Part shown: positions 47,758-57,093 of the stretch, in pieces
How positions within the stretch are numbered: position 1 is the first letter of the stretch
Layout: every line of letters starts with the position of its first letter
Assembly: GCA_039029315.1 (NCBI GenBank)
Contig: JBCCGK010000023.1
Coordinates: 56,670 to 120,669 of the forward strand
Reading direction: 5' to 3'
Source of the DNA: Bacteroidota bacterium
Lineage (GTDB): Bacteria > Bacteroidota > Bacteroidia > J057
Length of the DNA: 64,000 bases
The notes under the pieces: generated by a model
Told to the model about the DNA's origin: nothing
Database searches by the model: none
The model's input: only the letters and a program-made list of their open reading frames with translations
Made by a program: the position numbers and the translations under genes

Positions 47758-48816
47758 ATGGGAACCAAAGAGTTTTTAAAAAATCGTCCGGCCATTGAAG
47801 TCATTTTTTGGACCTTGCTGGTCTTGGGGGAATTTGTTCCATCCCTCAGCCACGAACCTGTGCATGTAGCCTTCATGGGAGCTCTATTTCGAAATATTCC
47901 ACTATTTCTAGCTGTGCATTTATGGTACTATTTATTTTCAATCCTGAAAAACAACCGCAATTCCGTTTGGATTCTGAGTGTGATCAGTATTATTCTGATT
48001 TTTGCCGCACCCGCCATCAATTATCTGGCCTTCAATGCTTTTTTCCCTACCTATCGCTATGAATCGCCCTTATTGACCTATGTGTTGATTTGTTCTCCGA
48101 TCTCTCTCACCATCATCGGTGGGTGTAGTCTGGTCTTGTTTACGCTTGAAGGCTGGCTCAAAGAAGTAACAGATCAGGCCAACCTAAAAAGTGAAAAATT
48201 GCTCTCCGAAATACGAGCACTCAAATCTCAGATCAATCCACACTTTCTGTTCAACACCCTGAACAACATATATTTTTATGCCTGTTCACAACATCCACAA
48301 ACCCCAAATATGATTGAGAAACTGTCCGAGATTCTCAGGTATCTGGTGTATGAGGGAGAAAAGGATCGGGTGAGCCTGAAACAGGAAATAGACATTTTAC
48401 AAAACCTCATTGACCTCTACAAAATCAAAAACTCTGAACAAAAGAACATCACCCTTCAACACAAAGGAGTTCAGACACAACATCAGATTGCTCCCCTTAT
48501 TTTGGTGAACTTATTGGAAAATGCCTTTAAACATAGTGATGCTCTCAACAATCCCAAAGGATTCATCCATATATCAGCGGAGGTCACTGTTGAAGGTCAA
48601 TTTGTATTTCGAATCACCAATAGTACCAAGCCCCAAGCCTCATCTTCAGACCAAGCCGGTGTAGGCCAATTCAATATCGAGAAACAAATTGAGCTCATCT
48701 ACCAGGATCATTATTCCTTTCATACCGATATTGATGACCAGACCTATCGGCTCGAATTGATCTTACCGCTCCAAAATGCCGTCGACTATGCCCTACCGCA
48801 CCCTCATCGTGGATGA
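47758..48816 (+). CDS. LytS/YehU-type sensor histidine kinase
   Basis: N-terminal TM segments. INPHFLFNTLNNIYF His_kinase (PF06580-type) box. C-terminal HATPase. Confidence 0.8.
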   Translation: MGTKEFLKNRPAIEVIFWTLLVLGEFVPSLSHEPVHVAFMGALFRNIPLFLAVHLWYYLFSILKNNRNSVWILSVISIILIFAAPAINYLAFNAFFPTYRYESPLLTYVLICSPISLTIIGGCSLVLFTLEGWLKEVTDQANLKSEKLLSEIRALKSQINPHFLFNTLNNIYFYACSQHPQTPNMIEKLSEILRYLVYEGEKDRVSLKQEIDILQNLIDLYKIKNSEQKNITLQHKGVQTQHQIAPLILVNLLENAFKHSDALNNPKGFIHISAEVTVEGQFVFRITNSTKPQASSSDQAGVGQFNIEKQIELIYQDHYSFHTDIDDQTYRLELILPLQNAVDYALPHPHRG

Positions 48817-49513
48817 CGAAGAACCCGCTCGTGGCTTGTTACAACTTCACATCAGCAAAGTATCAGATCTGCATCTTGCGGGGATCTGTACCAATGCGAT
48901 CGAGGCGAGGAAGATCCTATCTGAAGAGCATATAGACATTCTTCTGCTGGATATCCATATGGGTGATATCTCAGGCCTGGATCTTCTGAGAATGCTCAAA
49001 CAACCACCTGCCACCATTCTTACGACAGCCTATTCTGATTATGCACTCGAAAGCTATGAGCTGGATGTGGTAGACTATTTGGTAAAGCCTATTTCTTTTG
49101 ACAGGTTTTTCCGTGCCGTTTCCAAAGCCATGGAGATCCGTAAACCAATACTTCAGGCGTCAAGAATTCAGAAGCTTCCTCAAGTCCTGGAACAATCCTA
49201 CATTTTTGTCAAAGTGGACCAAAAATTGGTAAAAGTCCCTTTTCAGGACCTCTTGTTTGTGGAAGCCTATGGGGAATATGTCAAGCTGTACACTCCAAAA
49301 AAGATCCATATAAGTCTTCGCACCCTGACATCCATGGAAGAAGCACTTCCTGATTCTTCCTTCTTTCGCCTTCATCGCTCCTATATCATCAATGTCGATC
49401 ACATAGCCGAAATCGAGGATGGCATGGTTCGGATTGGCCCACACGAAATTCCTATCAGCAGAAGATTGAAGGACGAATTTTTTGAGATGTTAAAGAGAGG
49501 GGGAATTTTGTGA
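48776..49513 (+). CDS. LytTR-family response regulator
   Basis: REC domain (LIVDDEEPAR...ILLLDIHMGD). C-terminal LytTR DNA-binding domain (FFRLHRSYIINVDHI). Overlaps the kinase gene end by about 40 bp. Confidence 0.85.
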   Translation: MPSTMPYRTLIVDDEEPARGLLQLHISKVSDLHLAGICTNAIEARKILSEEHIDILLLDIHMGDISGLDLLRMLKQPPATILTTAYSDYALESYELDVVDYLVKPISFDRFFRAVSKAMEIRKPILQASRIQKLPQVLEQSYIFVKVDQKLVKVPFQDLLFVEAYGEYVKLYTPKKIHISLRTLTSMEEALPDSSFFRLHRSYIINVDHIAEIEDGMVRIGPHEIPISRRLKDEFFEMLKRGGIL

Positions 49514-49544
49514 GGGTAAGTCATTCGACGTTTTTCCTGTTTTT

Positions 49545-50822
49545 TTACCCCCTTTGCAACTTGATCACCTCATGTTTCTCCACAAATGCAGGATCAATCT
49601 CAACCCCTAGTCCTGGACCAGAAGGCACCGTCACAACGCCATTTTCACTGTCCAGAGAAGAGGTTTCGCATTCCAGCGGGATATTCTTGTTGAATCCTTT
49701 GAATTCATGGAATGGGCCAGCATTGGGGAGGGCAGAAACAAAGTGCATCATGTACAAATAGCCCAGACCTGAGCCAGAGATATGTGGGGTACAGCTCTTA
49801 CCCATCGCATGTGCCATTCTGGCAACTTTCATAGATCGGATCATGCCACCAAAATAGAACATATCCGGCTGCACAATGTCTAATCCATGATTTGCAATCA
49901 ACCAACGAAAGCCATGCATACTCGGCTCCTGTTCCCCGCCTGCCACAGGAATCGTCAAGGCATCGGCTATCTGTTTGGTTTCTTCATACCAATCAAATGG
50001 AACAGGTTCTTCATAGAAATCCAGTTTGTACTCCTCCAGAATTTTTCCAATTCGAATGGCTTCCTTCGCATCATATGATCCATTGGAGTCGGCATAGATT
50101 GTCATCTCATCTCCAAAGGTCTTCCTCACCAAAGGAATCAGTGCTTCGCTTCGGCCCGGAGGATCATCTGCATTCTTACGCATTCGCCCTCCAATCTTGA
50201 ATTTCACAGCTTTGGCCTGGGTTTCTTCTACATTTTTCTGGATAAAGGCAATGGACTCCTCTGCCGTCTTTCCTCTGTAATTATTGGCCTGATAGACGGC
50301 GATTCGCGGATTGTGGATCTGTCCGATCAGTTGGCCGATGGCCTTCCCTGAGATTCTTCCCAACAGATCCAGAATAGCAAATTCGATGGTGGCAAGGGGA
50401 ACCCACAATGCGAGATTCTGTAACTTGTAGTTGCTTTTGTACACGTATACGTCCTCCAACAATTGCTCTAGATCGCGTGCGTCTTTGCCTGGAAAAAATG
50501 GCTGAAGCCGATTCACAAAAATTGGATACAGCGAAGCCATCTGTGCATTGTTGCTGACACACAACCCAACTGCCCCATCCGTTGACCGAACTCGGCAGAT
50601 GAAATTCCGCTCATATCGCAAAAGCTCCAATGTGTCAATGATGACAGGATCGGGAAACAGATCTCGCGTCAAAACTGGCTCTTGCAAAATCTTGTCCAAC
50701 AGCCTATAGGTGTCTGTATCAGAAAGAGGGTCTGAGGCATCGGAACAAGACAGAGCTGCTGCTCCAATTCCGCCCAATGCCAATGGGAAAAATGTTCTCC
50801 GATTCAGTTTCATTTGTCTCAC
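49545..50822 (-). CDS. Mandelate racemase/muconate lactonizing enzyme (enolase superfamily) protein with TAT-like signal
   Basis: The KFKIGG and DSNGSYD motifs mark the metal-ligand region of the barrel domain. N-terminal MKLNRRTFFPLALGGIGAAALSC resembles a twin-arginine signal. Confidence 0.7.
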   Translation of the reverse strand: MRQMKLNRRTFFPLALGGIGAAALSCSDASDPLSDTDTYRLLDKILQEPVLTRDLFPDPVIIDTLELLRYERNFICRVRSTDGAVGLCVSNNAQMASLYPIFVNRLQPFFPGKDARDLEQLLEDVYVYKSNYKLQNLALWVPLATIEFAILDLLGRISGKAIGQLIGQIHNPRIAVYQANNYRGKTAEESIAFIQKNVEETQAKAVKFKIGGRMRKNADDPPGRSEALIPLVRKTFGDEMTIYADSNGSYDAKEAIRIGKILEEYKLDFYEEPVPFDWYEETKQIADALTIPVAGGEQEPSMHGFRWLIANHGLDIVQPDMFYFGGMIRSMKVARMAHAMGKSCTPHISGSGLGYLYMMHFVSALPNAGPFHEFKGFNKNIPLECETSSLDSENGVVTVPSGPGLGVEIDPAFVEKHEVIKLQRG

Positions 50823-51043
50823 ATTGAGTTAAACAGATAAAATAAAGATATCTATTTCTTTTTCAATCGTTTGCCGTGTGCTTATTTTTTTGAAGTTAAA
50901 TCCTATTTTCATTCTTTCGTTGGAACAAAAAGCGCCAAGAGTGAGCAAGACCCTTCCTAGCTTCCCATCAATCATTCCTTGCACTCCTCCTGGAGGCTTT
51001 GAGATACCCACGCATCCTCTATCATTCACCACTAATTGTTCTT

Positions 51044-53791
51044 ATGAGACACTTTCATCTTATTTCCATTTGTCTTTTGCTGACATTGGGCTTTTCCTCA
51101 TATCTATTTGGCCAGGATATTCCTTTGGCAGAACATCCCCGACCTGACTTCGAACGAGCCGACTGGATCAATTTGAATGGCGAATGGGCCTTCCAATTTG
51201 ATCCCAAGAATGAAGGGGTGGCACAAGGCTGGCAGAATGGAGAAGTTGATTTTGAAGGGAGTATCCAAGTTCCATTTCCCTGGGGCTCTGCCTTGTCTGG
51301 TGTTGAGGACGAGGCAGATATCGGTTGGTATCGGCGATCGGTATCGGTTAGTTCTGCCTGGAAAGACAAACGAACCTTCCTAACTATCGGGGCGTCTGAT
51401 TGGGAAACAACTGTATGGCTGGATGGACAATTATTGGGCACACACCAGGGCGGCTATGTCCCGTTTTCTTTTGAGTTGACAGATCATGTGACCTATGACC
51501 AAGAACAACAACTGATCATCAAGGTCGATGATGCCCGCCGCGAATTCACCTTGTACGGCAAACAAGGATATGGAAATGCTCGCGGGATCTGGCAAACTGC
51601 CTATCTCGAAGCCCGCGGACAGAAGTATCTGGATGCGGTACATTTCACCCCGGATATTGATGCCAACACAGTTACTGTAACTGCTTATCTTCCCTCTGAT
51701 GCGGAGGAAGATCTACCTATTTCTGTTAGCATTCAGACCGAATCAGGTTCGAAGACCTTCTCTACGACCTTCCCACAAGGGGATTACAAACATACATTGG
51801 ACTTAGATATACCATCCCCACATCTCTGGACCCTGGATGATCCCTATTTGTACCAAGTAAAGGTGAGTCTGGGAGATGATACACTCCGTTCCTACTTCGG
51901 TATGCGAAAGATTTCTGCCATGAACCTGCCTGGAACGGACTATCCTTATATAGCCTTGAACAATGAACCGATTTATGTTCAGTTAGCATTGGATCAGTCC
52001 TATCATCCCGAAGGCTTTTATACTTTTCCCAGCGATCAGTTCATCAAGGAAGAGATCGAGCGAAGCAAAAGCATTGGTCTGAATGGCATCCGTACACACA
52101 TCAAAGTAGAGGTTCCCCGAAAGCTGTATTGGGCCGACAGACTCGGCTTGTTGGTGATGGAAGACTTACCCAATAGCTGGGGAGAACCGGATGCCAAGAT
52201 GCAGGCAGAATCAGAATACACACTCAGAGAAATGATCAAGCGGGATTACAATCATCCCTCCATTTTTTCATGGGTGATCTTCAATGAGACATGGGGATTG
52301 GTTACAGAAGTAGAAAAGGATGACAAAAAAGAAAGAGTGTATCTTCCTGAAACCCAGGCCTGGGTTGCCTCCATGTATTATCTCGCCAAATCCCTGGATC
52401 TAAGCCGGATCGTGGAAGACAATTCCATCTGTTGCGGAAGAGGGCATACAGAGACCGATCTCAATAGCTGGCATGTTTATCTTCCTGGTTATGCCTGGGA
52501 AGACTATCTCAGCAATATCGAAAAGAATACCTATCCCGGAAGTGGGTTTGACTTTGAAGAGGGATATACTCAAGGCAATCAACCCAATATCAACTCCGAA
52601 TGTGGGAATGTTTGGGGCTATGATGGCAGTGCGGGGGATGTAGACTGGAGTTGGGACTATCATCGCATGATCAACACCTTCCGGGTCCATCCCAAAATTG
52701 GGGGTTGGTTATATACCGAGCATCATGATGTGATCAATGAGTGGAATGGCTATTGGCGATTTGACAGGAGTGAGAAAGAAACCGGAATGGGAGACATTGT
52801 AGAGGGCATGAGTCTGAATGATCTGCATGCAGCCGTTTACCTCTCCACGGGCAATGAGATTTGCAAGACCGTCAAAACCAATGAATTTGTCACTGTTCCG
52901 CTCTTCCTCTCGGTCATGACAGGAGAAGATTATGGAGAAGAACTCACCGTTTCATATACATTTAGCTCCACCAACTATATAGGTGAAACAGAAACAAATC
53001 AAAACGGCTCCATGCGGATTCCCTACAAAGCCTGGATGCAAGAACAACTCGATCCGATTGGAGTCATGATGCCGACTGTGCCAGGTCTTAGTACTCTGGC
53101 CATGAAGGTCTCGACTGCTTCTGGGCAGGTCTTGAGCAGAAACTTCATGCAGTTTGAAGTTGTGGGAGAACAAAGCCTCGACAAGACCACTGCCGTCACA
53201 GCAAAGCCCAGCGATTTTTCATCAGCGGAATGGAGCAAGAAGCAATGGAATGTCATGGAGGGCCGCAAAGCCAACGGAGCCGGAAAGGGGTATTTTGAAT
53301 ATTCACTTGACCTCCCATCCAATGCCAACAAAGCCAAATCTGCTTATCTACTGTTCGAACTTTCTGCCAAGGAACTCTTCGTCAAGGATCAAGAAGAATA
53401 TGATCGCGATCAGGATTTCATGAAGGGATCTGTTGTCGCTCCCAGTAGCAACCCCAACTCCTACCCCATGTCTGATGAGGTGATGTTTCCTTCTACAGTC
53501 AAGATATCGGTCAATGGGCAACAGCTTCATTCTACCACCCTGACAGACGACCCTGCCGACCATCGAGGCAGCCTCTCCTGGCATCATCAGCTCAAGGATC
53601 GCAAATTGCGAGAAGCGGGTTCTTATGGCTATATGGTCAAGATTCCGCTTAAGAGGAGCATGATCCGCGCTGCTGCCAAATCCGGGAAGATGACAATACG
53701 GATTCAGACAGAAGGCGAAGGCGGCATTGCTGTGTATGGAAAAGAATTTGGTCGATATGCTTTTGATCCGGGTGTGGTGTTGATGTATTGA
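51044..53791 (+). CDS. Glycoside hydrolase family 2
   Basis: Signal peptide MRHFHLISICLLLTLGFSSYLFGQ (the ORF track starts at 50999). GH2 N-terminal sugar-binding domain (NGEWAFQFDP, WETTVWLDGQLLGTHQGGYVPF). Acid/base block NHPSIFSWVIFNE. Confidence 0.8.
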   Translation: MRHFHLISICLLLTLGFSSYLFGQDIPLAEHPRPDFERADWINLNGEWAFQFDPKNEGVAQGWQNGEVDFEGSIQVPFPWGSALSGVEDEADIGWYRRSVSVSSAWKDKRTFLTIGASDWETTVWLDGQLLGTHQGGYVPFSFELTDHVTYDQEQQLIIKVDDARREFTLYGKQGYGNARGIWQTAYLEARGQKYLDAVHFTPDIDANTVTVTAYLPSDAEEDLPISVSIQTESGSKTFSTTFPQGDYKHTLDLDIPSPHLWTLDDPYLYQVKVSLGDDTLRSYFGMRKISAMNLPGTDYPYIALNNEPIYVQLALDQSYHPEGFYTFPSDQFIKEEIERSKSIGLNGIRTHIKVEVPRKLYWADRLGLLVMEDLPNSWGEPDAKMQAESEYTLREMIKRDYNHPSIFSWVIFNETWGLVTEVEKDDKKERVYLPETQAWVASMYYLAKSLDLSRIVEDNSICCGRGHTETDLNSWHVYLPGYAWEDYLSNIEKNTYPGSGFDFEEGYTQGNQPNINSECGNVWGYDGSAGDVDWSWDYHRMINTFRVHPKIGGWLYTEHHDVINEWNGYWRFDRSEKETGMGDIVEGMSLNDLHAAVYLSTGNEICKTVKTNEFVTVPLFLSVMTGEDYGEELTVSYTFSSTNYIGETETNQNGSMRIPYKAWMQEQLDPIGVMMPTVPGLSTLAMKVSTASGQVLSRNFMQFEVVGEQSLDKTTAVTAKPSDFSSAEWSKKQWNVMEGRKANGAGKGYFEYSLDLPSNANKAKSAYLLFELSAKELFVKDQEEYDRDQDFMKGSVVAPSSNPNSYPMSDEVMFPSTVKISVNGQQLHSTTLTDDPADHRGSLSWHHQLKDRKLREAGSYGYMVKIPLKRSMIRAAAKSGKMTIRIQTEGEGGIAVYGKEFGRYAFDPGVVLMY

Positions 53792-53906
53792 GTATTACTT
53801 ATTACTCTGAGTCGAGAGAGCTGTTAGGTTTTAGAAAAAAACAGCTCTCTCTTTAGACTTGAATTTTGGGACAAAAAACCGGAGAGATTTTCCCTATTTT
53901 GAGTTC

Positions 53907-55742
53907 ATGTACATCCGACCTTTTCTATTTTGTTTTTTTCTTTTTTTATTTCTTCCTGACTGTTGTTGGGCACAACCGACATCTGCCTACGTTTCAGGAA
54001 CAGTCATCGATGGTGTAACTAAGCAGCCAATCGAATTCTCTTCAGTATTTTTGTACACGCGAGAGGCCGAGCAGTTGAAATTACTCAACACCTATCAAAC
54101 AGATCAGACTGCCCAATATCACTTTGATCTCGATCCTCGAAATCAATATCAACTCCTGGCCAGTGCACCAGAATACTTTATCAACCGGTTTACGCTCCCT
54201 TTCTTCGAGGCCGGAGATAGTCTTTTCCATGATATCCCAATTGAGTTAGAGCCAATTAGGATTATAGAGCCGATCCCCTTTCGTTTATTATTTCTCGGGG
54301 ATCCTGTTTATCGTTTCCTTCAGAAAGATTGGAGCAGGTCGATAGATACTGTCCGGGATTATTTTGGAGGATATGTTGAATTGTATGAGAATCTGTTTAT
54401 CCCAAGCTCTCAACTTTCTCAAACGAAGGTTTCAGTCGAGGCAGACCCAATGGCCTATAGATTGACCAGATGTCTGATAGAACGCGATCAACTGCCCCAT
54501 CCCAATAATATATATCCAAGTCGATTGATCAATCACTACTCCTATAACTACGATCAACCAGAAGGCAAGCATCCCATCCATCTCCAAAGTCATGTACTTC
54601 CTTGCCCATGGAATCCAGACAATTCCTTGTTGCACATAGGCATGCAAACCAAAAAGATCGATCCTCTTTCCTCCCCCCCATTGAATGTGGTTCTTTTGCT
54701 GGATTTCACAAGATCTTTTTATGGAGAAAATGACATCCACCTGGTCAAACAAGTGCTGAGAAACATTATTCAGGAACTTCGTCCACAAGACCGAATCTCT
54801 ATTCTCAGCCTTGATTATCAAATAGATCTTATTCTTCCTCCAACTTCAGGAGTTGATACATCTGCCTTGTTCAACCTCATTGATCAGATAGAGATTGAGC
54901 AGGCGGGAATTAATCTAGAAGCCATACAGGATGCTTTTGATCTGATCCACTCATCCGGGTCTCCCAACACCTCCAATAGCGTTATTTTTATCACAGAGGG
55001 AGGAATCAATCCAGGCTATTTTTGGTATGCTGATCATTACAATTGGGCTGATTCTATTGCCAAACAATATAGCTCAGGGACCCGGTTTTCGGTTTTTGAG
55101 ATCACACCAGAATATCCAGGAGATCATAGATACGACAAATTGGTCCAACAAGGCGGTGGACAATATGCTATCATTGAACGAGCAGAGGAAGCCAAACTCT
55201 TTATTCAAAGAGAATTGACTCGTTCTTTTTCTCCCAAAGTAAAGGATGTTCATCTGACTATCGATTTCCCGTCGACAGTTGTAAAGGCTTATAGATTGAT
55301 TGGACAAGAATATCGAAGGTTGGAGGGAAACAGGGTTGACATGCCTCCATCTTCTGTGGGTCAACTATATGCTGGCCAATCTTATACTGCATTGTACGAA
55401 TTGATTCCTCAGGCCATTGGACCAGATGTTCCGCCAGATCCTATAGACATATCCCTCCACTACACTCCAGCATCTCAATCATCTTCAGAGGTTCTTCATC
55501 ATCAGGTACTCTTTGATTCTACAGATCCAATTCCGGCAGACGTTTTTTTCGCAGCATCCGTAGCAGAGTTTGGGCTCCTTGTGCGGGATCATACACATAA
55601 AGGCCAAGCCAATTGGGATAGCATCATTCGTGGGGCGAAAAAAGGATTATCATATGATCCTTATGGCTACAAACAAGAATTTGTTGAATGGATGAGAAAA
55701 GCAAAAAAAATGTGGCATAACAAGGAAAAGAAGATGAAATAG
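53907..55742 (+). CDS. Secreted von Willebrand factor A-domain protein (YfbK/DUF3520-like)
   Basis: Signal MYIRPFLFCFFLFLFLPDCCWAQ. VWA-like block VVLLLDFTRSF...ISILSL. C-terminal region resembles DUF3520. Confidence 0.45.
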   Translation: MYIRPFLFCFFLFLFLPDCCWAQPTSAYVSGTVIDGVTKQPIEFSSVFLYTREAEQLKLLNTYQTDQTAQYHFDLDPRNQYQLLASAPEYFINRFTLPFFEAGDSLFHDIPIELEPIRIIEPIPFRLLFLGDPVYRFLQKDWSRSIDTVRDYFGGYVELYENLFIPSSQLSQTKVSVEADPMAYRLTRCLIERDQLPHPNNIYPSRLINHYSYNYDQPEGKHPIHLQSHVLPCPWNPDNSLLHIGMQTKKIDPLSSPPLNVVLLLDFTRSFYGENDIHLVKQVLRNIIQELRPQDRISILSLDYQIDLILPPTSGVDTSALFNLIDQIEIEQAGINLEAIQDAFDLIHSSGSPNTSNSVIFITEGGINPGYFWYADHYNWADSIAKQYSSGTRFSVFEITPEYPGDHRYDKLVQQGGGQYAIIERAEEAKLFIQRELTRSFSPKVKDVHLTIDFPSTVVKAYRLIGQEYRRLEGNRVDMPPSSVGQLYAGQSYTALYELIPQAIGPDVPPDPIDISLHYTPASQSSSEVLHHQVLFDSTDPIPADVFFAASVAEFGLLVRDHTHKGQANWDSIIRGAKKGLSYDPYGYKQEFVEWMRKAKKMWHNKEKKMK

Positions 55743-55771
55743 AAATTCTCTTTCTCCATTGTCGAAGAAAA

Positions 55772-56116
55772 TTATGTGACAGCATATTCAGTATCCTTTC
55801 TTCTGTTAGGATGCAAAAATCCCAAGACCAGATCCTGCTTGAGAATCCCTTTGTCCAACAACATTTGCCCAACTACCAAATCGGTGCCATCATGCTGAAG
55901 CCAAACACGCCCATTCTCCATCACATCTATATGCAAAAAGCAACCGTAGATGCGTTTTTTTCCTTTCCAACCTGCAGAGAACAACAGATAATGACCTGAT
56001 TCATGGTCCTTGATAAATTGCGTTTGAATAGGATCATCTGGCTTGAGTCCCGGCAGTCCTACCTCATCCAGTACTTCTGATACGATTTGTTTATATTTTT
56101 TTAGTTTGTTGTCCAT
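55772..56116 (-). CDS. xisI: XisI-family protein
   Basis: 114 aa. The N-terminus MDNKLKKYKQIVSEVLDE resembles XisI. Overlaps the upstream xisH-like gene by 16 bp, as is typical for xisH-xisI pairs. Confidence 0.6.
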   Translation of the reverse strand: MDNKLKKYKQIVSEVLDEVGLPGLKPDDPIQTQFIKDHESGHYLLFSAGWKGKKRIYGCFLHIDVMENGRVWLQHDGTDLVVGQMLLDKGILKQDLVLGFLHPNRRKDTEYAVT

Positions 56117-56547
56117 TGTACTAAAGTCTCGTCTTCAACATTATATACAATCAACTTTATCTGGCTATTTTGAATAGTTGTTTGGGTAAGAGCTTCAGAA
56201 AAAAAGGAATCAAATGCTTCGTCTGGAACAGCTAGATATAACTCTCTTTCTGGATCTTCATCTGCCAAAGCAGAACGATAATATAAGAATTGGCCTGTCG
56301 CTAGATAAAAATCTGACAATACAGATAGCCCAATAAAACTTTTCACTTCAACTGCGATTTTTTCAGGTCCTTTTTCGGCTGCAATGATTTGTTCAGCCCC
56401 TAGGTCAATTTTTATATTTCTACCTTGAGCCCTTAACCGAAGGGGATCATCAGTGATAACCCAACCATCTTTTTCTAAAGCCGCACGAACTACATCATGA
56501 TATTTATCTTTTGCTGACATACAATCAAAGATAAAAAATTTACCCAT
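56101..56547 (-). CDS. xisH: XisH-family protein (PD-(D/E)XK-like)
   Basis: 148 aa. AKDKYHDVVRAALEKDGWVITDDPL matches the XisH N-terminal consensus (AKD.FH..V..AL.KDGW.IT.DP). Confidence 0.7.
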   Translation of the reverse strand: MGKFFIFDCMSAKDKYHDVVRAALEKDGWVITDDPLRLRAQGRNIKIDLGAEQIIAAEKGPEKIAVEVKSFIGLSVLSDFYLATGQFLYYRSALADEDPERELYLAVPDEAFDSFFSEALTQTTIQNSQIKLIVYNVEDETLVQWTTN

Positions 56548-56556
56548 ACTTCTTCC

Positions 56557-57009
56557 CTATCCCCATCGCTGAATCTCAATCAAATTCCCATCGGGATCTT
56601 TCACATAAGCAAAAGTCAATGCTCCCTTGCCTGCCACACTCGTCTCAATGATCTCTCCATATGCAGTCCCTCCATGTGCAACAACCTGCGCACAAACGGC
56701 TCGCACATCCTCCACTTCGAAGGCAATATGCCGAAATCCCACACGATTGGACAGGGAAGATGGAGCTTGTAAATTGTCTGCGTATTGATAGACTTCCAAA
56801 GTCGGTCCATGCTCCCCATAACCCGGCAAGCGAAGATGAACCCCACGAAGATGCGCATTGGGAACACCCGTTCCTCTTTCCAACCAGTCCCCGGATTGAT
56901 CTCTTTCTGGTGGAACGACCTCGCAAGCAAATACTTGTACATAGAAGTCAGCAAGCCGTTGCCAGTCCTGTGTGATGATGTTGGTATGGACGAATTTCAT
57001 AACAATCAA
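56557..57009 (-). CDS. VOC-family (glyoxalase/bleomycin-resistance-like) protein
   Basis: 150 aa. The HIAFEVED block and paired beta-alpha-beta-beta-beta modules are typical of glyoxalase I-like proteins. Confidence 0.7.
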   Translation of the reverse strand: MIVMKFVHTNIITQDWQRLADFYVQVFACEVVPPERDQSGDWLERGTGVPNAHLRGVHLRLPGYGEHGPTLEVYQYADNLQAPSSLSNRVGFRHIAFEVEDVRAVCAQVVAHGGTAYGEIIETSVAGKGALTFAYVKDPDGNLIEIQRWG

Positions 57010-57093
57010 AGTACAAAATTCTCTTTCTCCTCCTCAGAACAAATGCTATTTTCGATTCACAAAAGCTCATAATACTTTCACAAACCCATTATC

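Noticed and set aside
49493-49510. Another copy of the GGGGGAATTTT-type motif (agagggggaattttg)
   Set aside because: It lies inside the last codons of the LytTR regulator gene (encoding RGGIL) and matches only partially. It is probably coincidental.
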